A stretch of 62,990 nucleotides of DNA, counting the filler, from Rhabdomonas costata (lineage: Eukaryota), in assembly GCA_019059605.1 (NCBI GenBank). It is 23 parts of 23 records of this genome, joined end to end, with 100 filler letters (N's around TTAATTAATTAA, not from the genome) between each part and the next. Parts side by side here need not be neighbours in the genome. Positions count along the whole stretch, not along the records: positions 21,952 to 24,594 come from JAHMHO010002514.1; positions 24,695 to 27,336 come from JAHMHO010002515.1; positions 27,437 to 30,076 come from JAHMHO010002516.1; positions 30,177 to 32,817 come from JAHMHO010002517.1; positions 32,918 to 35,558 come from JAHMHO010002518.1; 18 more parts are not named here. The stretch is one strand, 5' to 3'. The notes beneath the pieces are model-generated. The model was not told where the DNA came from. It made no database searches and saw only the letters and a program-made list of their open reading frames with translations. Shown here piece by piece: positions 22,190-35,317 of the stretch. The position numbers and the translations under genes are program-made. How positions within the stretch are numbered: position 1 is the stretch's first letter; each line of letters starts with the position of its first letter.

Positions 22190-24541
22190 CTGTTCCTTGG
22201 GAATCGCGGAGAGGGAGCTGATGAGGCGGCCTCGGGTCTGGCCCTGGGGCAGCGGGATGATCATGAACATCGAGCCTGTCGCCGCCTCGCCGTCCTTGCC
22301 CTTAAAGAAGTCCTGCGCCACCTTCGGGTCCAGGGTAGTCGATGAGAACGCCGCCCACACCACGTACTCCCCAACCTGGTAGAGCTCCTGAGAGATAGCA
22401 GAGAGGACGAGAAAGATAGACACGAGGACAACCAGGCAGCGACATCGGGACTGATCTGAAGTGGGAACAAAAGGAGAGGGAAACAACCTAACAATCAAGG
22501 TGATAGGTCTATTTAGAGGTCGGTCAAGGCATTCAACATCGCGACAGTTTCTCATAACTCACCATGTGATCGCATATTGGGAGCAGAGGATCTTGCAGCT
22601 CTAGAAAGCATGTTATGGTAAGACAGGGAAAAAGCAACAGGAACCAAGAACCGAGGGAACAGAATGGCAGCATAACGAGTACCAGTGGAAGGAAGGAAGA
22701 ACCAACTTGCAGGTCTGCTGCGAGTCAAAAGTCATGTGCAACAATGCAGGCCCAAATGGACACATGCATCGCACACAAGCGCAAATTCGCAATGAACGCA
22801 TTCAAATGGACTTTGCAGATGAGCCCCATGAGCCCTTTAGAGAGACAGAGAGGAAGGAAGGGACGAGACGCCCAAGCGCTCTCGGTCAAGTCTCGCGTCA
22901 AGCTCGTCGCGACCGGCACCCCCACCAGCACGCAGGATCTCAGCGCATAGCTGCGCACGTTGAACATGCATTAGAAACAGGCACACGTAACCAGCGAGCG
23001 AGAGAAAGACAAGCGCAGAGACCGAGCTGACGGCGACGTTGATGCCGCGGTAAAGGGACTGCCCCGGAGGAACGGGCGGTAGGGCGCAGAGGCTGTGGTG
23101 GAGGTGCAACACAAAGTCCCTCTGCCACGGCTGCAGAACCGCCCGCCCGCGCAGCGCCGCATTGACCTGAGGGGAGCATGCGGGTGTATGTGTGGACGGG
23201 AGGGGCATGGCATTGTGGTATCACACGGAAAAATGGGAAGCCGAGGCCATTGGAGCCTCCGTCTTTACCAAAGTATCTGACCCGCCAGGGCAACAGGGAG
23301 AGCCGGTACCCGAGAAGGAGCGGGTTCATGGGCGACTATACTCGAGCTGGCCCTTTAGCTAAATGCTCCTAATTGGAGAGGTGACGAGAGGGTGAAATTT
23401 TGCAATGTTTCAAGTTCTCACAATTCTTTACAAGTTGAATTAAAGACCCAAAGAAGCCAAAAGTAGTGTTACAGATGCAACCACATTACACCGCATACGA
23501 AGCATAGTCCCCCCCTGGTCATACACATGCACACACCACTTTGTAGATCTCCGTTTCCAGAGTATACAAGTGTGCTGCGGCGATGCGGTCCCAAGTCATC
23601 TCTTGCCCTAGCTCCAGAAGCTGCCCCGACTGCCGGGCCTGGTACTTCGCCAGAAGGGCATCGGTGAAGCTCCGCACTTGACCCGCCACCACCTCCGCCG
23701 TGGGGGGGATCACAGGTACCCCACAGCGGCGCAGCCAGTCCACAAAGGCGGCCTTACTTCTGGCCTTGGCCTGGGCCCGCGCCTTGGCCTCAGGCATGGC
23801 AGTGGTGGGCGAACCAGGGGTGTGGTCCGAGGATATTGGAAGGTCGGGCAGCTGGTCGGGGTGGGCCTCACAGAAGTGCGTCCATAGGCCCAGAGGGGTC
23901 TCGGCCTGACATTGTGGGCAGGGGCAGCGCTGGAAGTGCGCGGCCAGCTCCTCCTTCGTCCTAAGGCTCTCGTAGTGTCCCGCAAGGTCACTGCCCCACA
24001 AGCAAACACACACACAACATGCACACAAGTGCGAAGTGATTGACAGGTCAACGAGGCTGTGGCGGAGACAGCTCGGCAGGAGAGCCACCAGTCGGGCGAG
24101 GCATTAAAGGGTCGATTGCAGAGCTCTGAGAATACACCATCAACAGATTGACTGAAAGTCGACCTGGGCCAAAGCGTGGGCAACCGTTATCCGACAATAT
24201 TGCTACACGATAAAGTAGGCCCAGAACCTATCAGTGTGAGTTGAGGGCCAGAGACACAGAGACACACGACGGCGAACGTACTCTGTGATTCTCCCGCAGT
24301 CCGGGCACTGGTGGTACTCCTTGGCGTTGTCCAGAGTAACCTCCTGCAGCACTTCCGCCATGGGCTTGCTGGGCTGCTCATCCGCGTCAAGGTCAGCCTT
24401 GTCCTGCCTTTCCGTCAGCCCAGCGCCGTACTTCTCGGGATTCACCACGGTCACCTTGGGGGCCTTGGCCCGCTCCAGCTCCTCATTGGCCTTCTCGAGC
24501 TTCTCCTGGAGATCCTTCACTTTCACACGAAGCTCCAAATT
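22190..24541 (-). CDS. R-S-E class (ARTC/NAD:arginine-type) ADP-ribosyltransferase with N-terminal coiled coil and Cys/His clusters; four exons, partial
   Basis: Exons 24541-24282, 23990-23537, 23166-23023 and 22387-22190 all join in frame with GT-AG. Motifs: HLYT...IYKVVNAALR, LYRGI, VVWAAFSSTT, GSMFMI, ISSLSAIPKEQ (second Glu of ExE expected in the next exon). Confidence 0.88.
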
Positions 24542-25092
24542 CTATGCGCAGGAGATGAGAGTCACACACAGAAAGACGACCTTAACACAACACANNNNNN
24601 NNNNNNNNNNNNNNNNNNNNNNNNNNNNNNNNNNNNNNTTAATTAATTAANNNNNNNNNNNNNNNNNNNNNNNNNNNNNNNNNNNNNNNNNNNNGTGTTG
24701 GGTGGTTGGTGGTGGTGGTGGTGGTGGTGCAAGACCCGTCAGGGAAGCGCCAAGGTGGTCGAAAGTAGTCCCACCGTAACACTGAAGAGCCACAGACGCG
24801 GAGAAATTCGAAGAAAGTGGCGCCGAAGAGCTGGCGCGATACTTTCGCCCTTCGACCTTTTTGCTTCGGACCAGAATGCAGAGCGCAAAATAGTTTTACC
24901 CACTTTGCCCAATGAGCAAGTCAGCCACGCAGCGAAAAGCGCCCCGCATTTGCAATGAAGGGAGCAACGAGTGCACAGAAAAACCTCAAGTTGGAGAACA
25001 GAACAAACCAAAGAAGCTGGGACAGCCCTGTCATTGGCCCCTATCAAAAGTCGCGGAAACAGCATACCGGAGCCTGGTGGGAGGATCCGCAC

Positions 25093-26444
25093 TGCCTCCA
25101 CCAAGAGGGTTTGGTCATCGACAAGCACTCGTGTGTCTTGCGGAGCTCGACGGCGCACTTCCCGGGCATGGCGCTTGGGACAGACATAGACAGAGGAGTG
25201 AAGAGGCAGCAAATGACCACTGATGCTCGCCAACCATGCGTCCAGGGGGGGAGGGGAATGACCGAATGTCGCAACGAATAACACACCAACTTTTAAGAGA
25301 TTAAATGGATTTTCACAGGCACCAGCAAAAGCCTGCTTGAACGCATTGAGCTCGAATCAATAACTCAAACCGACACATTGCCTGGCGAGTTCCGTTGGTC
25401 CGTGCACCACCAACAGAAAACTTCAAATATTGAAAGGGAACAGGCATACCGCGCGGCCTCCAGCCCTCGCATTGTGTACCCTCTCAGCTCTTACTCAGCT
25501 TACCCAGCCCGAGAAGAACGCGGGGGGAGGGGGCATCCCCACACCTCCTGCTCGACGACACGGCCGAAAAGCTCCAGCACCGCAGAGCTATTTCTGGCAA
25601 AGAAGAACCCTGTGTTGAAGTCCACCATGGCCTGATTCCGGCTGATGTTGCACGGGGTGGTCATCTGTCGAATCCCACACAGAAAAATGGAGTAGCGAGC
25701 TGACCCGTGGTTCCATGAATTATGCCTCAGGTGCGCCCACCGGCCATCTCACGGGTGCAAAGGTAAAAAATCCTGTGTTCGTGTTCCGGCGGATGGTTGA
25801 CAGTGAAGAATCGCGCAAGCAAACCCTCTTTCTATCCTTCGCGTGTCCTCCGCAATTGTTTTCAGGTACCTACCGGCAACAACCCCTCACGCTGGGGAGT
25901 GACCTAGTGCCGTGCAGAAGAGCTCTCCAGCCTCCGCTCTCGGGACATCTAAACCCACCGATGCATTCAGAATGTGATGGGGCCCAATTTCAGGACATTC
26001 AAGTGCTCGTGCTGGGGACACAAAGGGTTTTAAATTGTCTCCGGATGCCGCCCCACAGGCGGGGCGGGACGCCTCGCATGGCTGATGGATCTTTTTCAGA
26101 AACACGGGTGCGCATTAAAGCTCGTTGTTCAAGTGTACCTCTCCCCTCTTCAGCTTTTTCGACCTGAGGTACTAAAGAATAAGAATTAAGGGAAAACAGC
26201 TTCGCATCAGAAAACCTTTGGAATCCACCGAAGCAATCGTAAGCTCAGAAGTGCTCAACAAGAGACAACACAGGGGAATTACCAATAGTTAGGTACCCAC
26301 CTGTGCAAGCAGGTCGAAAGGCCTCCTCAAGGAATTGGTAAACCATTCCGAGATCGGGGCCTGAAGTCCAATGTCAACGTCCATCATGAAAATGCTGACT
26401 CCGTGCTGAAGGCACAGCAGCTGGTACATCGTCTTCAGGTGAAC
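25093..26444 (-). CDS. Nucleotide-diphospho-sugar transferase (GT77-like, GT-A fold); partial, spliced
   Basis: Exons 26444-26301 (KTMYQLLCLQHGVSIFMMDVDI, DxD motif), 25664-25545 (FNTGFFFARNS) and 25173-25093 (VDDQTLL) join in frame. Upstream candidate exons at ~26560-26600 and 26780-26935. Confidence 0.75.
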
Positions 26445-27529
26445 CTGCACCCCGACCCCATCCAAAAAGAATGAAAAAAGGGCGACACCGTCGGTAAAGA
26501 GGTGGCTTTGCTCCCAAACCAAAACATGTGAAGTGAATGAAATGAACGTGTGAACACCTTACCCTGTGAAGGCCGGGTGACGTGATCCGCATCTATTTAC
26601 ACACAGACATCCAATAGAAGCCCGTTTCACACGGAACCACTAGCTACGTTGTGGTTAAACGTTGGCAACCGCAACCTCTTTGGTGAGTGTACCATAACAG
26701 ACACACTGAGTTGGGCGTAAAGGGTAAACACTGGTACGGATACTGTCCGGCACCGAAGTCGACTCGAATTCATCTCACGGTCTAACACGCTGGTTTAGAT
26801 CAGGCGTTAGGCTGAAGGCCCACCTCAACCAGGTCTCCCTGTGAAACAAGGGGGCCAGCATGTGCCTGTTGGGAACATAAGTTGCCTCGGCGCGCTTAAA
26901 TGGACGGTCTCGTTCCGTGGTGAAATTTTGGACAGCTCCTGGGAAGGTCAATTTTGTTCTTGTCCTTTCCGCGGGGAAAAGACCACGAAGATCACAACAA
27001 AACAAAAAGGACAATAGACTTCAGGTGCAGGCGCGGTTTCTGTCCGTCCTGACTAGAACGTATATAAGTGACAGAGTGAGAGAGCATGAGAACCACGGGA
27101 AACAGCCAGGCAGACGCGGAGCTAGCAATGCTTTGGACAGAGAGTTCGGTGGATAAACCCCATACACACATACTGTTCCAGCCCCAGCACCCAACCCTGT
27201 CGACCGACCCACAACACCACCCAGAAACGCCCATGGATAGGGAAATTGCAGGCTGCAAAGGTTCAAGACTGGCCAATTTCACGAGAACGCTGAACACGGC
27301 CCGAGGAAGCAACCATACACGCACGCACCACCACCCNNNNNNNNNNNNNNNNNNNNNNNNNNNNNNNNNNNNNNNNNNNNTTAATTAATTAANNNNNNNN
27401 NNNNNNNNNNNNNNNNNNNNNNNNNNNNNNNNNNNNGGGTGTGGGGGAGGGGACGTCTTTGTCGATCGTTTCAGGCCGTTGGCAACTGGTTCGCCGTTGC
27501 ATTGTGACGTGTGTTGTTCTGACTCCCAG

Positions 27530-28814
27530 GCAACTGCTGAGGGTGCAGTATAACTGTAGCGGGAGGCTGGAGAGGGTCGGTGGGGGACCGCCGCCCGGCG
27601 CCGACGGGGCGTACTACCTGTGCTCGGACCACGTCCTGCCCGCGCCCAGCTCGGCGTGCGTGTCGTATTCCTTCGGGTTGGGCCTGGATTGGAGTTACGA
27701 AAAGGTCATGACCATTTGCCCAGGACACTGAAAAGAGAAAGACCGAAAGAGCACTTTGCTCTTCGTTCTTTACCGATCGTTTTGCTGCAGCATCAGTGTG
27801 CCTGTCTGTCAGTGCCTTTCACTTTGGCACGTAAGTGCTCTGTCGGGACCTTTCCTTTGCATTTTCTTCGCAGAAATCGAAATGATAAAATTCAGCTGCC
27901 CTTTACGCGTCACCGGAGGTGTCTGACGGGAGGGGCATCTGTTGTGGAGAACGTAATCGATGCTTGCCATCGTACTCAGAAGGTGCAACTGGAGAAATAT
28001 GTTTGTAGTAATAGTAGGAATCTTCAATTAGTCATCAAAGAAGCATATTCTGTAATTTGTGACCATTCCTTTTTTTTTGGGGCGCACGTCGGTGCATGTC
28101 GTTGGGCACGTGCAGTCTGGTGGCAATAAACGGCAGAAAGGTTGTCATGTTGCGATGGAGACGCTGAAGCTTGTGAAGTTTCCTACGTGTACGTCATCGA
28201 CTACCTCAAAGGCACCACCTCAAGCACGTGCGAAAAGGTTGTGCTCTGTTGCCCTTCGCAGGAGCTTAGTGGGCAGTGTTTCACCTACGCCTGGGACCCC
28301 ACGCTGTACAAAAAGCCCACCCAAGTGCTGAGGTACGAGGGCAGACAGATCAACTTCTACAAGTGGGGCCTCACCGCCGACGGGCGCTCGTTCTGCCATC
28401 GCGGAGTCACTGAGGTCACCGCCGATCTTGCGGGAGAGCGCAAGAGAAGGAAAAGGCGTGAGAGAATTTGAGCAGTAAGCGCAGCTGCTGTCAGTCAAGG
28501 AAACAGCGTTTCAGGAGGCCTGCTTGGCTTTGCTCTCCATTCTTTTTCTTTATCAATCTACCAATCGAACTCGCTTGGGTAATTTTAAATAAATTGAAGG
28601 AGTAACTCGCGCGCAGCACACGGGAACGCTACTTTTGTTTTGCATACATAAAGAAAACTTCGCTTATCACTTGCTTATCACCCGCCTGCCAGGTCTGGAC
28701 AAAGACCCTCGCCGGGTGTATTGCCTACTTGGGCCACGGCGAGATCGACGTGCTGAAGCTCTCCGTGGATGAGGCAGAGTGGGAGTTCCTGCTGAGCCAG
28801 GCCCACTCAAACAG
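27530..28814 (+). CDS. Methyltransf_22 / FkbM-related (METTL24-like) SAM-dependent methyltransferase; three exons, partial
   Basis: Exons 27530-27704 (RVGG...DGAYYLC...CVSYSFGLGLDWSYEK), 28262-28414 (CFTYAWDPT...FYKWGL) and 28693-~28814 (KTLAGCIAYLGHGEIDVLKLSVDEAEWEFL) join in frame with GT-AG. Confidence 0.82.
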
Positions 28815-30595
28815 GTCTACCGAGTGAAAAGTGTCTTCTTCACCTTCTTTACCGCCTTTTGCGGCATAAATTGGGCACCGCCTCCACGGTGAAATAATGG
28901 AGACGAGTATCTCGCTGGCGTCTGTCGGTCCACAGAATTTTTAGATTGACAGCTGAGTGGTTATGCTTTTGTTTTATTCTAACTATTCATTCCATTCCCT
29001 CTGGCATACAAACATGAAGAAAGATGATGGACCGCATCTTTCATGGCAGAGTTGAGCGTCGCCCTCTCTCACTCTCTCTACGCTTTCCTGTCACAGCTCC
29101 CTCAGCCGGGTTACTCAGCTGCTGCTGGTGCTGCAAATTCTCTTCATTCCCGAGAGGAAGTTCCAATGAAGCCAGGGGGCACAGAAGCGAATTCATGACT
29201 GAATAAGTCCATACAGTGTCTCATCAGTCGATCAACACACAGGAAGAAAACAAGTGTTACCTCCAAAAAAGGAAGAGGCGAATTCATCCAGGGTAGCAAC
29301 GTTGAACTCACTGTAGCTGTTGCTATTGGGATTAATTATGGCTCAGAACTAGCTTCCGTTTAATTTTGGATTTTCGGATCCAAAGAAGTGCACAGTTGCC
29401 CGCCCCTGGGGTCATCAGGGCGTTTGAAGTCGCCAGAAGAGTAAGGTGGTGGGATCTAATGACGAAACAGACGCTGTTTGTGATTTCTCGTGGAACTCAT
29501 GAGAAAGCCCCCTGCGTTGTGTGTTAGCATCAAGCAGTGGACCCAACCGACGTGCTGTGTGACTTGTTTTCGCTGGGGGCTCTTTTGCACCGTCGTCCCC
29601 AGCGGGACTCTGGGGATAACGGAAGACCTAGTGTACCTTCAAACCGCAACCCCATACACAAACACTGGAAACTCTCATGCATACAATTTATTTTTAAAAA
29701 AGTTCAAAATTTTCGGATCGTTGGCAATGATGTAGGTTGAGCATTTGCAAGTTATGGGAAAAACCTTCGTCTTCGTTTGTAAGCCCTTTCATGTTACCGA
29801 ATTTTACCAAATGGTGCACTACATTTCCACAGCAAACCACCACATCCCTTTCATAACGCTCCTCCTCCTCTCTCTGGCCCGGTTAAAGTCTCTGCCTTTT
29901 CCACAACGGGTGGATAGCAAAAATTTCGAAAAATTACACCCCCCCTCTCGATATTTATATCCTATATTTATATTCCTGCGATAAAGAGAGATAAAACTCC
30001 TGAATTGACGACGGCAGTGTTTTCCTATTTTTATATCAACTTTTCTTCTCTTTTTCTTGTTTTTATCTCTTTTTTCNNNNNNNNNNNNNNNNNNNNNNNN
30101 NNNNNNNNNNNNNNNNNNNNTTAATTAATTAANNNNNNNNNNNNNNNNNNNNNNNNNNNNNNNNNNNNNNNNNNNNTGTTTGTGTTGGAACTGAGATGTA
30201 TTGGAGGTCTGCATGGTCTCAAAAGCCCGTCTTGTGCTTAAAAGGAGACATGGAGACATGTCTGGAGCAGATCGTGGAAAATGTTCTCGTGCGGGTTCAT
30301 GTGAGGGTTCATGCGCAGGTTCATTTTTGTGAACACGGGGCAACTCAGCTTCTGGATCAATCAACCAGGGGAGACCGCAAAGAGGGGAAAGAAAAACCGC
30401 AACTTGTATTTGGTCACCAGACACCCACCATTCAGCAATCACCGGCTTCGCCCTCCTTCGCACACGCATGAGACTGGTGTCTGGGTGTCGTGAAGAAGGC
30501 ACAGAGGCGGGGCGTGGTTGCACGTGCGGTGTGGTTGATATCATGCACCGTGCATGTGCGTCGGGACAACCCGAGGAACATGAAAAGCTGCCAGA

Positions 30596-30912
30596 ATTGC
30601 GGCGTGCATTCGGCTCCCCACGGATTTCACGCCGGCGGTGGTGTTCCAGGTTGCAGAGAGAGGGTGCACTGATCCTATGACATGCCGCTGACTCAGAGGA
30701 GGGGGGGACACACACACACACACACTCTCTCTCGACAGCGGTCACCAACAACCAGCTCAGCACACACACATACTCACTCTCTCTCTCTCTCTTTCTCAGC
30801 TGGGGCCAGCCCATGCGCTGCCTGCGCTGCTGCAGTTCCTGAAGGCCACAAACACCTTTCCCCGGGGCTTGCCCTCGAGCCTGAGCTCCGGCCTGATGGG
30901 CCACCGCGAATA
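30596..30912 (+). CDS. Probable last two exons of an unidentified gene
   Basis: IAACIRLPTDFTPAVVFQ|GT, then a (CT)n pyrimidine tract and AG|LGPAHALPALLQFLKATNTFPRGLP...GHRE*. Confidence 0.35.
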
Positions 30913-33900
30913 ACTGCGGGGAAGAAGGGAAGAGGGGATCATTCTGAAAGCCACGGTTTTCTGTTTTTCTAAAGGACTGAGAGGTGCGGTGACTATCGCT
31001 CAGCTGCTCACCAGCTGCTCACCCTTTTTTTTCGTTTTTCTTCTGAGTCAGAGTCGATTGGGGGGGATAGCAGTGGGAAAGTTATCACCGTCTTTGGCGC
31101 GGAAGGCTATTTTTTATTGGCTGAGTGTTGTGTTGATATGGCTTGATTTGTGAGCTCTGTTTCCCTCTTTCTGCATTTTTTTTGATTCGAACTTACTCTC
31201 GCTTGGAACAATCTTCTGTGCTTTGTTATAAGCCCCCCCCCCGCAACGTTTTGCTCCGTTCTTTTGTGTTTTTGTGCGGCTGGTGTGAAGTGATGGCGAG
31301 CTGCTGGATTTTCTTTCCTTGCTATAAAATTCCACCCTTCGACACCCCCCCCTCCCACGCCGTGTGTCTATCTTTATTCCATTTGTGTCCCATTCCTCCG
31401 CGTCGAGAGTAACTGTGGCGGGCTTCCATGGGCTGGGCGGCAGCCCATTTCTCCCACACCACCCATTCTTTGGCGCTGGGAAAGGATTTCGACCCCACAC
31501 GCATGCACGCCGCCAATCTCCTCGCAAATTGATTATCTTCTCTTTGTCGCAATGGCCGCACCACCGTGTGCCCACCCCCTTGCTGCGTGTGTGTTGACGG
31601 TGATTCTATGATATGCTTTTCCTTGCGTATTTATTAACCCTTGCGGTGCTGGGGTGAATTCTTGGAGGCTTCAGGTCTCTCAGGTGCTCGTTACCACTTT
31701 AAGTAACGGTCCCGTTGTGGTTTTTTTTACGCTGGTCCATATATTGCAAAACAGTGTGGAACGTTTCTCCTGACTCTCCATGACATAAAAAAAGTCGGGT
31801 TGCCATTTGCTGCACGTTGAATTGGTGCTGTCATGCGAATATCCGCGAGGGGTGAGGGGAGCCTCGCATTGGTTTCTACGGAGAACTCTCTCGGCGTGTT
31901 CTCAAAGGCCCGAGAGTTGTGCCACCTGCTCAATTCTTCGTGTTCAGATATATTTCATCTTCATCCGCTGTCTCACGGTAACTAACATTTGTAAATACTG
32001 CTTCTCACCTCACTTTCTTCTCCCTTCATCACCAATTCTGGTGGAGCACATGAACACACGAGTCCCGCTCTTTCCTCCCACAGAGAATTGTTTTCGGATC
32101 GGCAGATCCAGTCAACTCGCGCTTTCTTTTGCAAGGACCCCTTATCTGCTGGTTATCGCTATCTGTGTGTTCTATCATGGGTGCGCCAGAAAACCTGAGA
32201 CTTTGAGGGGGAGTGTGCCTCCCATTTCTTTTTTCATGGACGCCCATCAGATGGACGTGGAAAGCTCTGTGCAGTTGGGCCCCACGGTCCGGCAACCGCT
32301 CTTCTTCGATTTCGGGTGAAAATCGTCTCCTCTCGCTACAAACCCTCACATGCACGTCTCCCCACAGTCTACGAGCAAAGCACGCAAGCGGTGTACCCGT
32401 TCCCCTCGGTAGCCTTGTTCTCAGAATACAGGAAAGCGCTCTTCGGGATTATTTATGAGAGCCACCACGCTCATTTCTCGGGTCGTGAGGGCCAAGGACT
32501 GAGCGGGCCCCTCACCATCCAACGCGGCCTGTGCTCAGCAATCAGAGGAGTGGTATTCCATCAAGAAAACCATTGCACGCTATCCTTGACCAAAGGGGCA
32601 GGCAATTTCGCGATACCTAGAACTTTTTGTGCAAAGGGGTTTGCCCGCCAATCGGCTGCACGGGTAAAATGAATTCCGCATCTTCACTGCTTCTCCACTG
32701 CTTTCGTCCTTGATGATTTCGTTGGGTCAACCTATCCTTTAGGCCTGAGGGGGTGGTTATGGCGTCGGGAGATGCCCCTTGGCTCGGGCCAATCCCCTTT
32801 GCGCCGGTTGTTCCCCCNNNNNNNNNNNNNNNNNNNNNNNNNNNNNNNNNNNNNNNNNNNNTTAATTAATTAANNNNNNNNNNNNNNNNNNNNNNNNNNN
32901 NNNNNNNNNNNNNNNNNGGTTGTGGGTGCTTAAGCGGGTTTGGAAGGGTGCGGCTTGTTAAGCCATAACTCAGGCCCCTTTTGCGGGTGCCTTTATGTCG
33001 GGTTTCCTTCTTGCTTGTGGAATGGGCCGCTCGGTCCGAGTGGCATCTCACACGGTTCGGGCTTCTCTTGTACTTTAGGATTTGGTGTCGCTGTTGTTGG
33101 CGGACAAATTTTGGTCTCCCCTGCGCCCTGTGGATTGTCTTCGTGCACTAAATTCGGTCTTCTCGGTGCATTTGGTTGGAAGTGAAGGGAGGGAGGGTTG
33201 TCTGCATCGATCTGCGTCGTCTTGATTTCATCTCGGCTTGAAGGTGTGTTAGTGTGCGCGAGTGTGCGTGGGAGTGAGTAATTGAGTGTCTGTGCTCGTG
33301 CGGGTTTGTTTGTAATACCAGTGCTTTGTTGCCTCAGACATTTGTTGTTCGCGCTTTTTACTCCGGTAGGTCGGTTTGTAGAACTTGTGTGTGTATTTGT
33401 GCCTGTTCAAGACGACCAACGACCTACCCCGCTTGTTCAGGGATAACTAAATTTTTGGGCGCTTTTTTCCGCCTTGGTTTTACTTCTTGCTGCGGTGTCT
33501 CCTGCCGGAAGCGCATGTAACTGTTGGCGGAGGCGGGGGCTGCTTTTGTAAGCTACAGCCGCCGTTGCTGATTGATACTGGCTGCTTCACCCCGTATGGT
33601 CCAGGGTAGGTATTGTGATGCTGAACCGTGTTGCACTCTTTCTGACTGTAGTGCATCGGAACTTGTTATGGCGCACCCTCAGAGTGGGACCTGGGCATGA
33701 GGGTATATCACCATGTACCAAGTTTATGTTCTTGCTCGCCCACCCTGTGCTCCCTCACAACCCTCGAGTCCTTTCCCCCTTGTCCCCTCCCGAGCCCAAG
33801 TAAAAGAGAAGCGTAGGAAGTGGTTCCTCCTTCAGTGCATCGTCCGGGAGAACTCGACTCGTGCCCTCTTTCTCGTCTCGAGCCCGGTGCCTTCAATGGG

Positions 33901-34876
33901 CTCTTCTCCATCTCCTTTTTTCTTCCACAAAGTATCTTCCGTTCCTGTCTCGTCGTCCTTTCGGATATATCTGGACCATGCTCGTGTTTTTCATCCTTTC
34001 ACTTTTCGTTACACGTTGCTTTTTCGACATCTAGATCACCTCAGGGTGATCTCTTCCACTCGCTTCCACTCCACGCGCACTCGTACACAGATTATCTTGA
34101 CGGGCGAGGTTTGCATTTGTCCGCTTGCTGCTGCTTACTGGCCAACACACACCCTGATGTCCTGTCTTCTGAACTGAAAAGTTTGGTGGATGCCTTTTGC
34201 TAAAGGCTTCCTCTGCCCTTCCACCTTGAGTGCTTGTACTCATAAGCACCTTTCGTTTTGTGTTGTTCCTTCCGACGAAACCTTTTGGAATAGTTGGTTA
34301 TATATATGATGGAGGAAAACCGCCGGATCCTAATCTTGAAATCCAGAATCACCCGTAACAAACTTGCAAGCTAAGCAGAAAACCAGTCCCAAAGTGGTTG
34401 GGGTCCCTTGTCGGGTTTCGGTTTCGGATTTCGTTGCTCAGTGCTTTCTTTTCTTGGGGTGCTTCAAGTTGAGGTTAGCGGTGGCCGCCAACGGTCAGCT
34501 TCTCGCGAAAGCAGCCCCGCTTGATGGGCTATGTCGGCACCTCCCCACTCCATGGCTCACCCAGCTTGTCAGAGCATCAAAGGTGACTTTATCTCCACCA
34601 CCCTGAGACGGTAGGAGTCCTCATTTGTTGGCAGTCCCCCCCCCTTCTCAGAGGACTCTCCAGGATGGTGGATTGCAAACCACCAACACATGATATGTTC
34701 CCCTGCCTGCCACTCCACTGCGCTGGAAGCTGAAGTTCACCCCAGCGCGCATTTTTTTCCAGTGGCTATGGTTCCTGGCCCTTTACACCATCTCCTAAAT
34801 GTAGTTGGAGCGAGGCGGTGACAGAGTGGTTTTTGTCTCGTTGCTTCTTCCTGCTGTAACTTCAATTGCGCCGTAG

Positions 34877-35317
34877 ACTCGCTCGAACCGCCCGATGCAT
34901 GATGCAGTCAGAAAGATGGCGCGAAAGGAGGCGGAACAAGTCTGGCCCTTTTCTTGCATGAGAACCTCCCGAGTCCCGTTTTACGTTGCAGTTGGTGTAG
35001 ATATGCGGAATTTCCTTTTCTTACTCATGCTTAATGTGCAATTTTTAAAGGTTTCGCATCAGGAGCTTTCCCTTTTTCATATTTGCGTTACACTTTTCGT
35101 CTAACGTTGTTTTCAACCAGACCCTCCTCTTTCCACACTTTCGTGTTTATTTCTTTTTTTTTGGTACTCCCTTTTGCGGATTCGTAATGAGCCACCATGT
35201 CAGCTAACTGAGACACTTTCCCAGGCTCTCAAGCAGGAGCTCACCGCGAAGAAGCTTCAGGTTCTGCGACGTCTCTCCCCGCAAGGTGTGGCCAAGGTGA
35301 ACGCCGACCTCGCCCAA
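34877..35317 (+). CDS. Two short in-frame exons of an unidentified helical protein
   Basis: AG|TRSNRPMHDAVRKMARKEAEQ|GT (~34877-34939) and AG|ALKQELTAKKLQVLRRLSPQGVAKVNADLAQ|GT (~35225-35317). Confidence 0.4.

Noticed and set aside
16467..24594. SIR2-like gene plus ART as a linked NAD-based defence locus
   Set aside because: They are on different contigs placed near each other only by length sorting.
34550..34625. tRNA- or SINE-like A-box sequence
   Set aside because: No B-box or cloverleaf could be built.
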